Position numbers and translations under genes: made by a program
Origin: a virus
Lineage: Duplodnaviria; Caudoviricetes
DNA length: 27,470 nucleotides
Reading direction: 5' to 3' (one strand)
Virus record (IMG/VR): IMGVR_UViG_3300046779_000762
Location: 1 to 27,470 of that record
The notes under the pieces: generated by a model
What the model was told of the DNA's origin: nothing
Database searches by the model: none
What the model saw: only the letters and a program-made list of their open reading frames with translations
Shown: positions 1 through 8,987 of the stretch, in pieces
How the letters are laid out: every line of letters begins with the position of its first letter
How positions within the stretch are numbered: position 1 is the stretch's first letter

Positions 1-948
1 CAAACTTACCCTAGAAAGAAACTATTAAACAGTAGAAACAGTCAAGCAACATTTGCTTTAACAGTAAATGACAACACCGTAACTAATGGACAAACATCAA
101 CAGTTACATTGACTACTACAAACGTTGCAAATGGTACACAAGTACCTTACATCATAACAGCCAAACCAAATTCAAGTGGCGCTGTTTTGTCTACTACAGC
201 ATTTGACGGTGTATATACTGCTGATGCTATTGTAACTGGTGTTACTTTAGATACAAGACCTAACACAGGAAATAGATTTACAACTGCTGGATTGCCTAAC
301 GGTACTAGCTCAACCATTACAAATAGTTTATTAGGCGCCGCGTCATTATCTAGTTCAACACCAACTGCGCCTGACGCACTTACATTTGTTGGCGGAGCAG
401 ACGATGGTTACTGGACTGTTCCATTACCTTTTAACGTAACATTCTGCGGAACAACATATAATACAATTTATGTTGGCACTAATACATATATTACGTTTGG
501 TGCAGGCTCTACTAATTACAGTCAGTTAAACGGTTCTAATCCTCCTTATCCAAAAATTATGATAAGTTGTGCCGATAATAGTTGTCAAAGAATCTATTAC
601 GGAGCAGAAGGTGTTGCACCTAATAGAACATTCAGAGTTAGATGGGAGGGCACCGCATCTACATCAGGAACACTTGGCTCTCCGAATATGGTTTATGAAG
701 CAGTATTCTACGAAGCAACTAACAATCAAGTCGATATACACACAGGCGTAAATGCTAGATGGAGTCTTGCTAGTGCAGGAACTTATAGTTTTTCTTACAG
801 CGACATTAGTGTTCCACTAACAGGCGTAATGACTGTAAACAGTAACTCTGCAACATTGCCAATCACAATAACTACAACCGAATCGTACACAATGAATGTT
901 AGATTGGGCATTTATCCTGCACCAAATGTCAACATATCGGTTAACTAA
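1..948 (+). CDS. 3' part of a virion structural/fibre-like protein with a NIDO (nidogen)-like beta domain; 5'-truncated by the window
   Basis: Frame 1 is open from base 1 (QTYPRKKLLNSRNSQATFALTVNDNTVTNGQ...), so the TTG at 109 is probably internal. The protein is Thr/Ser/Gly-rich. DDGYWTVPLPFNVTFCGTTYNTIYVGTNTYITFG resembles the NIDO-like motif. Confidence 0.6.
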   Translation, partial: QTYPRKKLLNSRNSQATFALTVNDNTVTNGQTSTVTLTTTNVANGTQVPYIITAKPNSSGAVLSTTAFDGVYTADAIVTGVTLDTRPNTGNRFTTAGLPNGTSSTITNSLLGAASLSSSTPTAPDALTFVGGADDGYWTVPLPFNVTFCGTTYNTIYVGTNTYITFGAGSTNYSQLNGSNPPYPKIMISCADNSCQRIYYGAEGVAPNRTFRVRWEGTASTSGTLGSPNMVYEAVFYEATNNQVDIHTGVNARWSLASAGTYSFSYSDISVPLTGVMTVNSNSATLPITITTTESYTMNVRLGIYPAPNVNISVN

Positions 949-951
949 TAT

Positions 952-980
952 TTGACTTTTATTTTTAGACAGTATATTAT
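952..980 (+). promoter_or_regulatory. sigma70-type promoter TTGACT-N17-TATTAT; predicted +1 at the ATG at 987 (leaderless)
   Basis: TTGACT at 952-957, 17 nt spacer, TATTAT at 975-980, then 6 nt before the ATG; no Shine-Dalgarno (SD). Confidence 0.65.
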
Positions 981-986
981 AATTAC

Positions 987-1160
987 ATGAATGAATCAAA
1001 AACTTACAAGTCGGGAGAAATATTTAAACCAATTCCCGACGATCCTGAAAATGTTATGATGCAAATTCCTCCCGAAATTTGTGAAAAAATGGGCTGGAAG
1101 GAAGGCACTAAACTTAACATCCACGTCGAAGACGGTAAAATGATCATCACCGAAGTATGA
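987..1160 (+). CDS. AbrB/MazE/SpoVT-like swapped-hairpin DNA-binding protein (57 aa, absent from the ORF track)
   Basis: Translated by hand: [86 protein letters not shown] fits the AbrB/MazE pattern. Its stop overlaps the infA start (ATGA). Confidence 0.75.
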   Translation: MNESKTYKSGEIFKPIPDDPENVMMQIPPEICEKMGWKEGTKLNIHVEDGKMIITEV

Positions 1161-1372
1161 GCAAAAGTGATTTGATTGAAATGGAAGGCGCCATTTCAGA
1201 GGTGCTACCTAGCAATATGTTCCGTGTTACTTTGGAAAATGGACATATTCTTACTTGTTATACCAACGGCAGGCTTCGCCAAAATAAGATTAAAATTATT
1301 TTGGGCGACAAAGTTCGTGTAGAAATGAGCCCATACGATTTGAGTAAGGGCAGAATTACCTACAGACTTTGA
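1157..1372 (+). CDS. infA: translation initiation factor IF-1
   Basis: 71 aa; [28 protein letters not shown]...[33 protein letters not shown] is a typical IF-1 sequence. Confidence 0.96.
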   Translation: MSKSDLIEMEGAISEVLPSNMFRVTLENGHILTCYTNGRLRQNKIKIILGDKVRVEMSPYDLSKGRITYRL

Positions 1373-1401
1373 TTGACAATTAATGCATCTGGTGCTATAA
1401 T
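1373..1401 (+). promoter_or_regulatory. perfect-consensus sigma70 promoter with extended -10
   Basis: TTGACA at 1373-1378, 17 nt spacer, TG-C-TATAAT (TATAAT at 1396-1401); GAGG SD upstream of the TTG at 1436. Confidence 0.85.
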
Positions 1402-1435
1402 ATTACTATATTAACTAGCACACAGAGGCTTTAAA

Positions 1436-2539
1436 TTGGCAAAGATTTCTAAAACCAAACAGAAAGAGCAACGCATTAAGAATTTTTTGGACAAGTTCCA
1501 AACTAAATTCGATATGGAGGATGCGGCCATTGACTTGCGTACGATGGCACAGAACTACCCAAATGGTATTATTCCTAGTAAGGATATTACTGAAGCGGTT
1601 GAGGCTGTTCTAGGCTCTGCGCCGTTGCCTCGTGGTAGTGTTGATCCTCGTAAACTAAACATTCCGCAATTCACATGGGCACCAATTGACGACGTTGGTA
1701 TAGACCCTCGCTTTCAACGGGACATCGCTCCTAATCACGTTGCTAAGATTGAAGCAGACTTTCAAAGCGATATGATTATTGTTCCGTGTGCTGTTAAAGA
1801 TCCTGTTAGTGGCAAGTTTTTGCTGTGGGATGGTAATCATACACGTCAAACTTGCGAACGCATGGGCTGGAGTCATGTGCCTGTATGGTTTACTGAAGCA
1901 CAAATCGATGACGAACATAGCCTCGAAGAAGCAACTAAGATTCTTGTGCTTCATGCAGGCCGTTCATTCTTAACTATCAACAAAAAGAACAAGCGCCCGG
2001 TTAGTCGCTATGACGAACACATGGTGTCTGTTGAGTGTGGCGAACCAGAAAGTATCGTTGTACAGAATATTTGCGATGCTAACGATGTTCATATCCGTCG
2101 CGGCAGTTCTAAGGCAGGTGACATTAGTCACATCGAACACTTGTACGGTGCATATAACTTGACTAGTCCTATGGGCGTTAAAGGTATCTATCTTGCTCGT
2201 GCGCTCAAGTTCCATCGTGCTACTTGGCCTAAAGAAGAAGTACGTGCGATTGTTATGCTAGGCATGGCTCGACTGTATCAACAAACCGAAATTCAAACAG
2301 GTGTGTTGTTGCCGCAGGCATTTGACGACGAGTTTGGTGCAATCCTTAAGAAGAAGTACGGACCTGCTGAAGCAGTACACGATGAAACAACTGGCTTCAA
2401 GGCACAGTACATCAAGCACTTTGGTTCGCTTGCAGGACACCCTGAAGTAGTTACTAGCGGACTTGTGCTAACTTATAATAAGCACGGCAAAGGCGGCTTT
2501 AAACTAGCACAGCCAGAATCTACATATCCTGTAAAATGA
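1436..2539 (+). CDS. ParB/sulfiredoxin-like N-terminal domain protein (DGQHR/DUF6551-like)
   Basis: IDPRFQRDIAPNHVAKIEADF...FLLWDGNHTRQTCERMGWSHVPV...FLTINKKNKRPVSRYD matches the ParB-like FQR...DGxHR/T...F..IN pattern. Confidence 0.7.
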   Translation: MAKISKTKQKEQRIKNFLDKFQTKFDMEDAAIDLRTMAQNYPNGIIPSKDITEAVEAVLGSAPLPRGSVDPRKLNIPQFTWAPIDDVGIDPRFQRDIAPNHVAKIEADFQSDMIIVPCAVKDPVSGKFLLWDGNHTRQTCERMGWSHVPVWFTEAQIDDEHSLEEATKILVLHAGRSFLTINKKNKRPVSRYDEHMVSVECGEPESIVVQNICDANDVHIRRGSSKAGDISHIEHLYGAYNLTSPMGVKGIYLARALKFHRATWPKEEVRAIVMLGMARLYQQTEIQTGVLLPQAFDDEFGAILKKKYGPAEAVHDETTGFKAQYIKHFGSLAGHPEVVTSGLVLTYNKHGKGGFKLAQPESTYPVK

Positions 2540-2967
2540 TTAAGGACTACGTCTTATATTTTAAAACTTGCCCTGGAGTACAAACTCCTCGGCATTTTAA
2601 GGTAGGCATTGCTGGCTTACTTAATACACGAACACGACTAGGCACTTATCAAAATGCTGTCGGTCCAGTGTGGGAAGAAAAGTTTATTCGTGTATGGGTC
2701 GGCGATGAGAATCAAATTAGGCTTGCTGAAAAGAAATTTAAGCAAGTCTTTAAGGATAAGATTTCGAGTGCAGAAGCAGGACTTAGCGAATGGATTTGCG
2801 AAATCTCGTTAGACGAGCTGTTAGCATTTATTGAAGAACTTAGAAACGACTACTTTTTAAAGTTCTACGATGCGCCTGCAAACTTGTTGCCATTAACTAT
2901 GCCCTTGTGCGAAGACTTAGTAGAGTGGTACGAAACTTTTAAGGAGAACAATGATGGAAGTAGTTAA
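2536..2967 (+). CDS. GIY-YIG-superfamily (T5orf172-like) putative nuclease
   Basis: YVLYF...FKVGIA...RTRLGTYQNA...AEKKFKQVF...GLSEW resembles the T5orf172 pattern (YxxxxFKIG..R...Q...E...EWF). ATGA-type overlap with the upstream gene. Confidence 0.55.
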   Translation: MIKDYVLYFKTCPGVQTPRHFKVGIAGLLNTRTRLGTYQNAVGPVWEEKFIRVWVGDENQIRLAEKKFKQVFKDKISSAEAGLSEWICEISLDELLAFIEELRNDYFLKFYDAPANLLPLTMPLCEDLVEWYETFKENNDGSS

Positions 2968-3199
2968 CATCAAAGACCGTAGCAAGAAAAAACAAAAGGC
3001 AGGACTATTAGAAGTCCTTGATGACCTTCGTTCTCGCATCGAAGAAGGAGAGCTTGAAGAATTTGTTGTTGCTAGTATGGACAGCGAAGGGCAAGTCGAG
3101 ATCCATGTCTGTGTTAAAGACCTTGTTGGCGGTGTAGGACTCTACGAAATTGGTAAAAATATTTTAATTCAACAGCAAAGCATTCCTGATTATGAGTGA
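2951..3199 (+). CDS. hypothetical phage protein
   Basis: 82 aa ORF with AAGGAG SD, overlapping both neighbours. Confidence 0.75.
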   Translation: MMEVVNIKDRSKKKQKAGLLEVLDDLRSRIEEGELEEFVVASMDSEGQVEIHVCVKDLVGGVGLYEIGKNILIQQQSIPDYE

Positions 3200-3908
3200 T
3201 ACTGTATCAGTAAACGATATGAAGTGGCCGGCTGAGCAAGTGCTGACTATGGCTTGTGCCATTTATCGTACAAAAGGCTTTACTAGCACCAGTACATACG
3301 TTAGTTCCGATCCAGAAAACGAACTTCGATGGACTAGTAAGGAACATCTTTGCTATCAACTTGTTCCAACTATTGCTAGTAAGGAATACAAACTGCTGAT
3401 TAATATCACTAAGGCAGATGTAGCAATGGCTGAAGATATTATCAAGTACTATCGTCGATTGAGCTTTGGTGTTATTGCTGATAGCATTTCCGATTATATG
3501 CAACGAGTGTTTGCTACTACGCAAACTACAGAGGTTTCTTTTAAAGACTTAGGTGTTATTGCAAGTATTCCTTCTGTCTTTGAAAAGGAAATGGTTAAGA
3601 AAAGAATCACCGACGAAGCAAAGAACTCCGTACAAGAACATATCGGTGTTATTGGTAATTGGATTGAACTTAATATTCGTTATATCAATTCAAGATATAT
3701 CCAAAAACTAGACTGCTACGGACACGAAGCAATTACTGACACAAATCATTTGGTTAACTTTTTGAGTAAAACAGAACTAGGCAAAACAGGCCAAACTCAA
3801 AAGATAAGAGCCAAAGTAAAAGAACACGGTGTAAACTATACAACCAAAACTGTTGAAACAAAACTTAATTATGTCAAGCCACTTGACATAGAGCTCGTTT
3901 GGCAGTAA
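3192..3908 (+). CDS. hypothetical phage protein (possible C-terminal OB fold); paralog of 9594..10313
   Basis: 238 aa ORF in operon context; shares motifs with 9594..10313. Confidence 0.75.
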   Translation: MSDTVSVNDMKWPAEQVLTMACAIYRTKGFTSTSTYVSSDPENELRWTSKEHLCYQLVPTIASKEYKLLINITKADVAMAEDIIKYYRRLSFGVIADSISDYMQRVFATTQTTEVSFKDLGVIASIPSVFEKEMVKKRITDEAKNSVQEHIGVIGNWIELNIRYINSRYIQKLDCYGHEAITDTNHLVNFLSKTELGKTGQTQKIRAKVKEHGVNYTTKTVETKLNYVKPLDIELVWQ

Positions 3909-3911
3909 AAT
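3883..3911 (+). promoter_or_regulatory. sigma70 promoter for DNA ligase
   Basis: TTGACA at 3883-3888, 17 nt spacer, TAAAAT at 3906-3911; AGGAG SD before the ATG at 3939. Confidence 0.75.
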
Positions 3912-3938
3912 AATACTATTAAACAATTAGGAGCACAA

Positions 3939-5261
3939 ATGACAGATCCTTGCCAGTATGTTATTACTTCATTAGAAGATCATTCCAGCCGTTTGAACAA
4001 AGAACAAATTATTCTTGAACAAGCGAGAGAAGGGAATAGTGAATTTTTTGAAGGTTGTAGACTAGCTCTGGACTCTATGATTACATTTGGGCTCAAACAA
4101 ATACCGGAGAAAAAAGATGAAGACGGCCCTGGTTTATCTTGGGATAGTTTTACTCTCGCTATTACTGGCTTCGTCAATCGCGATGTCACCGGTAATACCG
4201 CAAGGGATATGGTTGCATCCATGATGCAAAGTGCTACTAAGGCACAATGGAATAATTGGTATCGTCGTATCCTTATTAAAGATTTACGTTGCGGTGTCAG
4301 TGAAAAAACAATTAATAAAGTTGTAGAAAAAGAATGGCCCGAATATGCAGTACCTGTTTTTAGTTGTCAACTTGCTCACGATAGTGCTAATCATGAGGGA
4401 AAGGTCAAGGGTAAGAAATATATTGAAGTCAAACTCGATGGCGTTCGCGTTCTTACTATTGTTCGCACAGATGGTCGCGTTGAGCAGTTTAGTCGTAATG
4501 GTAAAGAGCTGGTAAACTTCGAACACATCACTAAACAAATTAGTGCTGTTGTAAAGAAAGATCCTCCTAAATATGACCTTGTACTAGACGGCGAAGTTAT
4601 GTCTAGTAGTTTTCAAGATTTAATGAAGCAAGTACATCGTAAGAGCGATGTAGAAGCCAACGATGCTGTTCTTCATTTGTTTGATATGTGCCCGTTGGAT
4701 AAGTTCCAAGAAGGCCGTTGGGACAAGGACCAAGAGACTCGTAGCCTGTATGTTTACGAATGGCATAAAAAGCACAAGGCAGACTTGCCTAACGTAGCAG
4801 TCGTAGGTCATGAGCTTGTTGACTTAGATACTGACGAAGGGTCAAAGCGTTTTAAAGAGATTAATCAATTTGCAATCGACGGTGGCTACGAAGGTATTAT
4901 GATTAAGGATCCCAAGGCTCCTTATGAATGTAAGCGTACACACAGTTGGCTTAAACTCAAGCCGTTTATTGAAGTAAGTCTTAATGTTGTTGCTGTAGAA
5001 GAAGGCACAGGCAAGAACGTTGGTAAGTTGGGTGCCTTAGTTTGTGAGGGTGTAGATGATAATAGATCCATTCGAGTCAACTGCGGGTCTGGGTTTACTG
5101 ATTCCGACCGTGATACTTTTTGGAATGATCGTGAGGCCCTTGTTGGCCAAGTTGTGGAAGTTCGTGCGGACGCTATCACACAAAACCAGGATGGAAGTTA
5201 CTCTTTACGCTTTCCGCGCTTCTTACATTTTAGAGGGTTTGACCGTGGCGAGAAAATTTGA
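3939..5261 (+). CDS. lig: ATP-dependent DNA ligase
   Basis: Motif I EVKLDGVR (KxDG), LDGEV, FD, EGIMIK, WLKLK and C-terminal SLRFPRF; 440 aa. Confidence 0.95.
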   Translation: MTDPCQYVITSLEDHSSRLNKEQIILEQAREGNSEFFEGCRLALDSMITFGLKQIPEKKDEDGPGLSWDSFTLAITGFVNRDVTGNTARDMVASMMQSATKAQWNNWYRRILIKDLRCGVSEKTINKVVEKEWPEYAVPVFSCQLAHDSANHEGKVKGKKYIEVKLDGVRVLTIVRTDGRVEQFSRNGKELVNFEHITKQISAVVKKDPPKYDLVLDGEVMSSSFQDLMKQVHRKSDVEANDAVLHLFDMCPLDKFQEGRWDKDQETRSLYVYEWHKKHKADLPNVAVVGHELVDLDTDEGSKRFKEINQFAIDGGYEGIMIKDPKAPYECKRTHSWLKLKPFIEVSLNVVAVEEGTGKNVGKLGALVCEGVDDNRSIRVNCGSGFTDSDRDTFWNDREALVGQVVEVRADAITQNQDGSYSLRFPRFLHFRGFDRGEKI

Positions 5262-5496
5262 TATACGCCGATCCATGCATAAAGATATGCTGTATGGTTC
5301 CTTACTTGAATTAAGTAAGAACCAACGTGTTTGGCACGAAAGCTCTGTAAGTCCAGAGTACAGTCACTTGACAGAAGACGGTAAAGCCGCTATTATTCAT
5401 GTAGTCGAAGAATTGTTTCGTGGCTTACAAACAATTCATAAGCAAGAAGTTAAAGAGGAAGCCAAACGTCAAACAATGGAAGGGTTAAAAGGATGA
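5245..5496 (+). CDS. hypothetical protein (83 aa; likely GTG start at 5245 rather than 5056)
   Basis: AGAGGG SD precedes the GTG at 5245; a start at 5056 would overlap the ligase by about 200 nt. Confidence 0.65.
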   Translation: MARKFDIRRSMHKDMLYGSLLELSKNQRVWHESSVSPEYSHLTEDGKAAIIHVVEELFRGLQTIHKQEVKEEAKRQTMEGLKG

Positions 5497-5723
5497 CTTT
5501 TGTTGTTACAAAACGTGCCAAGGATGTTAGGCCTATCCGTCAAGGAGATCCTAAGTTTATGATCGACGACGGTATGGTAAGTTATCCGCGAGCCATGTTA
5601 CATATAACTCCTAACTGCCCTGTACAGATTCGTAATCAAATTAATTGGGCTATGGCGGAAGGTTATATCAAGTGTGTTGCACATGTTTACGGTAAAGAGC
5701 TGACATTGGACGAATTGAGATGA
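5493..5723 (+). CDS. hypothetical phage protein
   Basis: 76 aa; ATGA overlaps at both ends. Confidence 0.7.
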   Translation: MTFVVTKRAKDVRPIRQGDPKFMIDDGMVSYPRAMLHITPNCPVQIRNQINWAMAEGYIKCVAHVYGKELTLDELR

Positions 5724-6193
5724 GTGAAGAAGATAAGAAGTACCTAGCGTATTCCAAAATGATGGAAGAAAAATATCCAGAAATGTTTGGAGGGAAATAC
5801 GGTGGCTTTGCAATCGGTGAAGGTTGGTGGGACATTGTCGAAAAATTATGTGATAGAATTCAATCTCATATTAAATGGAATAATCAAAATAGAGAACGGT
5901 TTCTAAAAGATAATCCACACGACCATCCTATTCCGGAATTTATTCCTCCTGTAGAAGTACAGCAGATTAAAGAAAAATTTGGCGGATTAAGATTCTATTA
6001 CGAAGGCGGCGACGAGTATGTTCGTGGCTTAGTAAGCATGGCAGAGGCCTGGGCAGATGCAAGTTGTGAAGTTTGCGGTGCGCCCGGGACTAGACGACAT
6101 GGCGGATGGGTTAGAACACTATGCGACACTCACGAACGAGAACGTCAACAACGCATAGAAGAACAAGCACGTAAAGACGGTTTAGAACTTTAA
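5720..6193 (+). CDS. hypothetical phage protein with QIKEKFGGLRFY motif and putative Zn site (CEVC...LCDTH)
   Basis: 157 aa; the motif combination is common in phage hypotheticals. Confidence 0.75.
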   Translation: MSEEDKKYLAYSKMMEEKYPEMFGGKYGGFAIGEGWWDIVEKLCDRIQSHIKWNNQNRERFLKDNPHDHPIPEFIPPVEVQQIKEKFGGLRFYYEGGDEYVRGLVSMAEAWADASCEVCGAPGTRRHGGWVRTLCDTHERERQQRIEEQARKDGLEL

Positions 6194-6204
6194 GGAGAAA
6201 AACT

Positions 6205-6759
6205 ATGGCATGGCCAAACGGACCCGATGAAATTACACCTGTAAGCAATCTTGTTGAAAAGAAACTTACCTCATGGAAGGTATCAACATATTACAAGAAA
6301 TCGTGTGAAGAACACGAACACTATGTCAAAGACGGAATGACTATTATCCGTAAGACAGGTTGGCGATGGGCTAGTTTTTACGTAGAAACTAACGACGGCA
6401 ATCCTCCGGTATTTGATTTCGATTATGTTCCAGGCGGTGACGGCAAAAAAGATAGTGTCGACATGTATTGGTTGACTGGACCTAACATCGAAAGTTCAGA
6501 ACTAGACGGCATGAGTGACGGCTGTTGGGAAGACTATGAATGGCCAGAAGACATGGACGAGGAAGAACAAGAACGTCTACAAGAGCTTATCGAAGAACAT
6601 GGTTGCTACGAAGCACTTGAAGAAATGGAAGAATGGATGCTAGACGAAACTGAAGCATGGTGTTGGGGTCCTATTCTAATCGAAGACGAACAAGGTAACC
6701 AAGTTAAGATTGTTGTTGCAGACGAAGACGGAAACTGCGTAGACTACGAGGAAGAATAA
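6205..6759 (+). CDS. highly acidic hypothetical protein
   Basis: 184 aa, roughly a quarter Asp/Glu, Trp-rich; AAGGAG SD. Confidence 0.8.
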   Translation: MAWPNGPDEITPVSNLVEKKLTSWKVSTYYKKSCEEHEHYVKDGMTIIRKTGWRWASFYVETNDGNPPVFDFDYVPGGDGKKDSVDMYWLTGPNIESSELDGMSDGCWEDYEWPEDMDEEEQERLQELIEEHGCYEALEEMEEWMLDETEAWCWGPILIEDEQGNQVKIVVADEDGNCVDYEEE

Positions 6760-7292
6760 TGGCACACTATACCATTACTCCCCTTGAAAAGAAAAGCATT
6801 TCTATTACTTATGAAATGTATCGTAGAAATGCCGACGACAGTATCAGTTGGTTTAACATCGAAGACCATTATCGCTGGGGCAAAGGCTTTCTTGCTGAGG
6901 ACATGGATTGTAACTTAGAGCACGATCAAACTCATAGTCAGCATTGTAAAGCAGAAGACGGCGAGTACGATGGTTGTGACTTTGAAGATGGCGTTGCTTG
7001 CTGGTTTGAATTCAGTGAAGATATTACCGAAGAAGAACAAGAAGCAATTAAAGAAGCATACTACGAAGGTGGTGCCGGATGGTTATTTGAAGGCGAACAC
7101 GATTGGTGCGAAGAAGACAGTTATGTAATTGTGTTACCCCCTTATAAGGTAGAATTCTGCGAAGAAGATGGCACACCAATTCGTGAAGTTAAAACCCGCT
7201 CACTACAAGAGTGCATTGACTTGCGAGAAAAACTTGGTGATGGTTGGGCAGTACCAACTGATGCCGCTATAGAACCTTATAAATGGCAATAA
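6759..7292 (+). CDS. highly acidic hypothetical protein, tandem paralog of 6205..6759
   Basis: 177 aa; TAATG overlap; shares KKS, (W/Y)RW and ED(M/I)(D/T)EEEQE motifs. Confidence 0.8.
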   Translation: MAHYTITPLEKKSISITYEMYRRNADDSISWFNIEDHYRWGKGFLAEDMDCNLEHDQTHSQHCKAEDGEYDGCDFEDGVACWFEFSEDITEEEQEAIKEAYYEGGAGWLFEGEHDWCEEDSYVIVLPPYKVEFCEEDGTPIREVKTRSLQECIDLREKLGDGWAVPTDAAIEPYKWQ

Positions 7293-7666
7293 CTAACAGA
7301 ACACAGTGGCCTATGCAAATGCCTGCGCCAACAGATTATTCAAACGAGCCTAGCGGAACTTATAACCAAAAGTATCATAAACTAGGCGATAAGATTTACG
7401 AAATACACAATGTAATCGTACATCGATTCAAAGTAGGCGACGTCGAAGACCCAGACTTGTATGCCGCCGAACCATTAATAAATTGGCAAAAAAGTGAAAT
7501 GGGAGAATGGGTAATGAGCCACGCACTCGAAGTTCCTGTTTGGCATAGGCTACAAACGCCTATAGATTACCATTTCACTTATGCTATAACAGCCAAACTA
7601 GCATCAAAAGATTTTACATACTGGACCCTTAAGTGGGGGAATGACATTGACAAAACAATCAAGTAG
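7283..7666 (+). CDS. hypothetical phage protein
   Basis: 127 aa; DVEDPDLYAAEPL motif; ends in ...YWTLKWG. Confidence 0.7.
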   Translation: MAITNRTQWPMQMPAPTDYSNEPSGTYNQKYHKLGDKIYEIHNVIVHRFKVGDVEDPDLYAAEPLINWQKSEMGEWVMSHALEVPVWHRLQTPIDYHFTYAITAKLASKDFTYWTLKWGNDIDKTIK

Positions 7667-7675
7667 TAGTATAAT
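7647..7675 (+). promoter_or_regulatory. perfect sigma70 promoter; predicted +1 at the ATG at 7682 (leaderless)
   Basis: TTGACA at 7647-7652, 17 nt spacer, TATAAT at 7670-7675, 6 nt to the ATG; no SD. Confidence 0.85.
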
Positions 7676-7681
7676 CATTAT

Positions 7682-8536
7682 ATGAAAATTACTCTTGTTT
7701 CAGATCTACATTTAGAATTCTCCGATTGTTTTGATATCAAAAACGAAAACAATGCGGACGTTCTAATTTTGTCCGGTGACATTATGATTGCCGAGGATCT
7801 GCACGACCACCCCCATGTTCCTAGCATTTACGAATATGGATCGTTTGCTGAACTAGGTCGCAAGCAAAAACGTGTTCAGACGTTCCGTGACTTCCTGACT
7901 CGTATGAGTAACTTGTTTCCACATGTTATCTACATAGCAGGTAACCACGAATTTTATCACGGCAAGTTCCACAAAGGTATTCAATACTTGCGTGAACAAT
8001 GCGCCCAGTACCCTAACGTTCACTTCTTAGAAAAAGACAAAGTCAAAATACAAGATGTTACATTCGTTGGCGGCACATTATGGACTGATATGAACAAAGG
8101 CGATCCGCTTACACTTCATTCTGTTCGCGATATGATGAACGACTTCCGTATTATCCGTAACGACGAGAAGGGATACACTCAACTCAAACCTATGGATGTT
8201 GCTATTCGTCACAAGGAAACTTTAAAATACATTAAAGATGTAATTGAGGAAAGTCCTGACGAAAAGTATGTCGTGGTTGGACATCATAGTCCTAGTCATT
8301 TAAGTATATCCGAAGGATATAAACACGAAACTATAATGAACGGTGCTTACCACAGTGACTTGAGTGAGTTTATTTTGGACCACCCACAGATAAAATTGTG
8401 GACACATGGGCACACTCATCATTGTTTTGATTACATGATTGGCGAGACTCGTATCGTATGTAACCCACGTGGTTATAACAGCGACGGTTACAGCGAAGAT
8501 ACAGGTTGGAATCCTAACATTATTTTGGAAGTATAA
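7682..8536 (+). CDS. calcineurin-like metallophosphoesterase
   Basis: SDLHLE, LSGD, AGNHE, GHHSP and HGHTH motifs. Confidence 0.92.
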   Translation: MKITLVSDLHLEFSDCFDIKNENNADVLILSGDIMIAEDLHDHPHVPSIYEYGSFAELGRKQKRVQTFRDFLTRMSNLFPHVIYIAGNHEFYHGKFHKGIQYLREQCAQYPNVHFLEKDKVKIQDVTFVGGTLWTDMNKGDPLTLHSVRDMMNDFRIIRNDEKGYTQLKPMDVAIRHKETLKYIKDVIEESPDEKYVVVGHHSPSHLSISEGYKHETIMNGAYHSDLSEFILDHPQIKLWTHGHTHHCFDYMIGETRIVCNPRGYNSDGYSEDTGWNPNIILEV

Positions 8537-8537
8537 A

Positions 8538-8987
8538 ATGAAAATTGGTCTCAGTTACAGTAGATGCGTCCGCGACATTGTGGACGGTGTAGTAGACATC
8601 GAAGATGTGCTAGTGTTAATCACTCGCACAGACTTTGATCCTAACGTAGATGTTGAATGGCAAAGTATTTGGCAAGGCTACGGCGGTGGCACTAACAATA
8701 TCTCTATGCGTGGTATATTCAGTAGCGGGTCTAACCCAGAGTGGGCCGGGTACGGAGACGAGATGGAATCAAAGTTCCGCGAAGTTAGCATCGAACTTTG
8801 GAATCAGGGTAAGTTCCACCAGCCACGCAAGTTTGGTGCCCATCCTAGACGACGTCCAGAAATTTGGTTAGAAACTGTACTACCTAGCAGTGAATTAGAA
8901 CTTAATCCAGCGGCAAAGGCGGCTTGGGACAAGTTCCAAACTGTTGCAGGTTTGACCAATGTTGAGTTAGACAAGGATTATAGATGA
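8538..8987 (+). CDS. hypothetical phage protein (149 aa; start at 8538)
   Basis: ATG 1 nt after the upstream stop; MKIGLSYSRCVRDIVDG... The longer 8439 start overlaps the phosphoesterase. Confidence 0.7.
   Translation: MKIGLSYSRCVRDIVDGVVDIEDVLVLITRTDFDPNVDVEWQSIWQGYGGGTNNISMRGIFSSGSNPEWAGYGDEMESKFREVSIELWNQGKFHQPRKFGAHPRRRPEIWLETVLPSSELELNPAAKAAWDKFQTVAGLTNVELDKDYR

Noticed and set aside
5056-5244. Long overlap of an ORF with the ligase 3' end (also 8439-8537 and 20209-20253)
   Set aside because: Downstream starts with an SD or stop-start coupling explain these genes without long overlaps.
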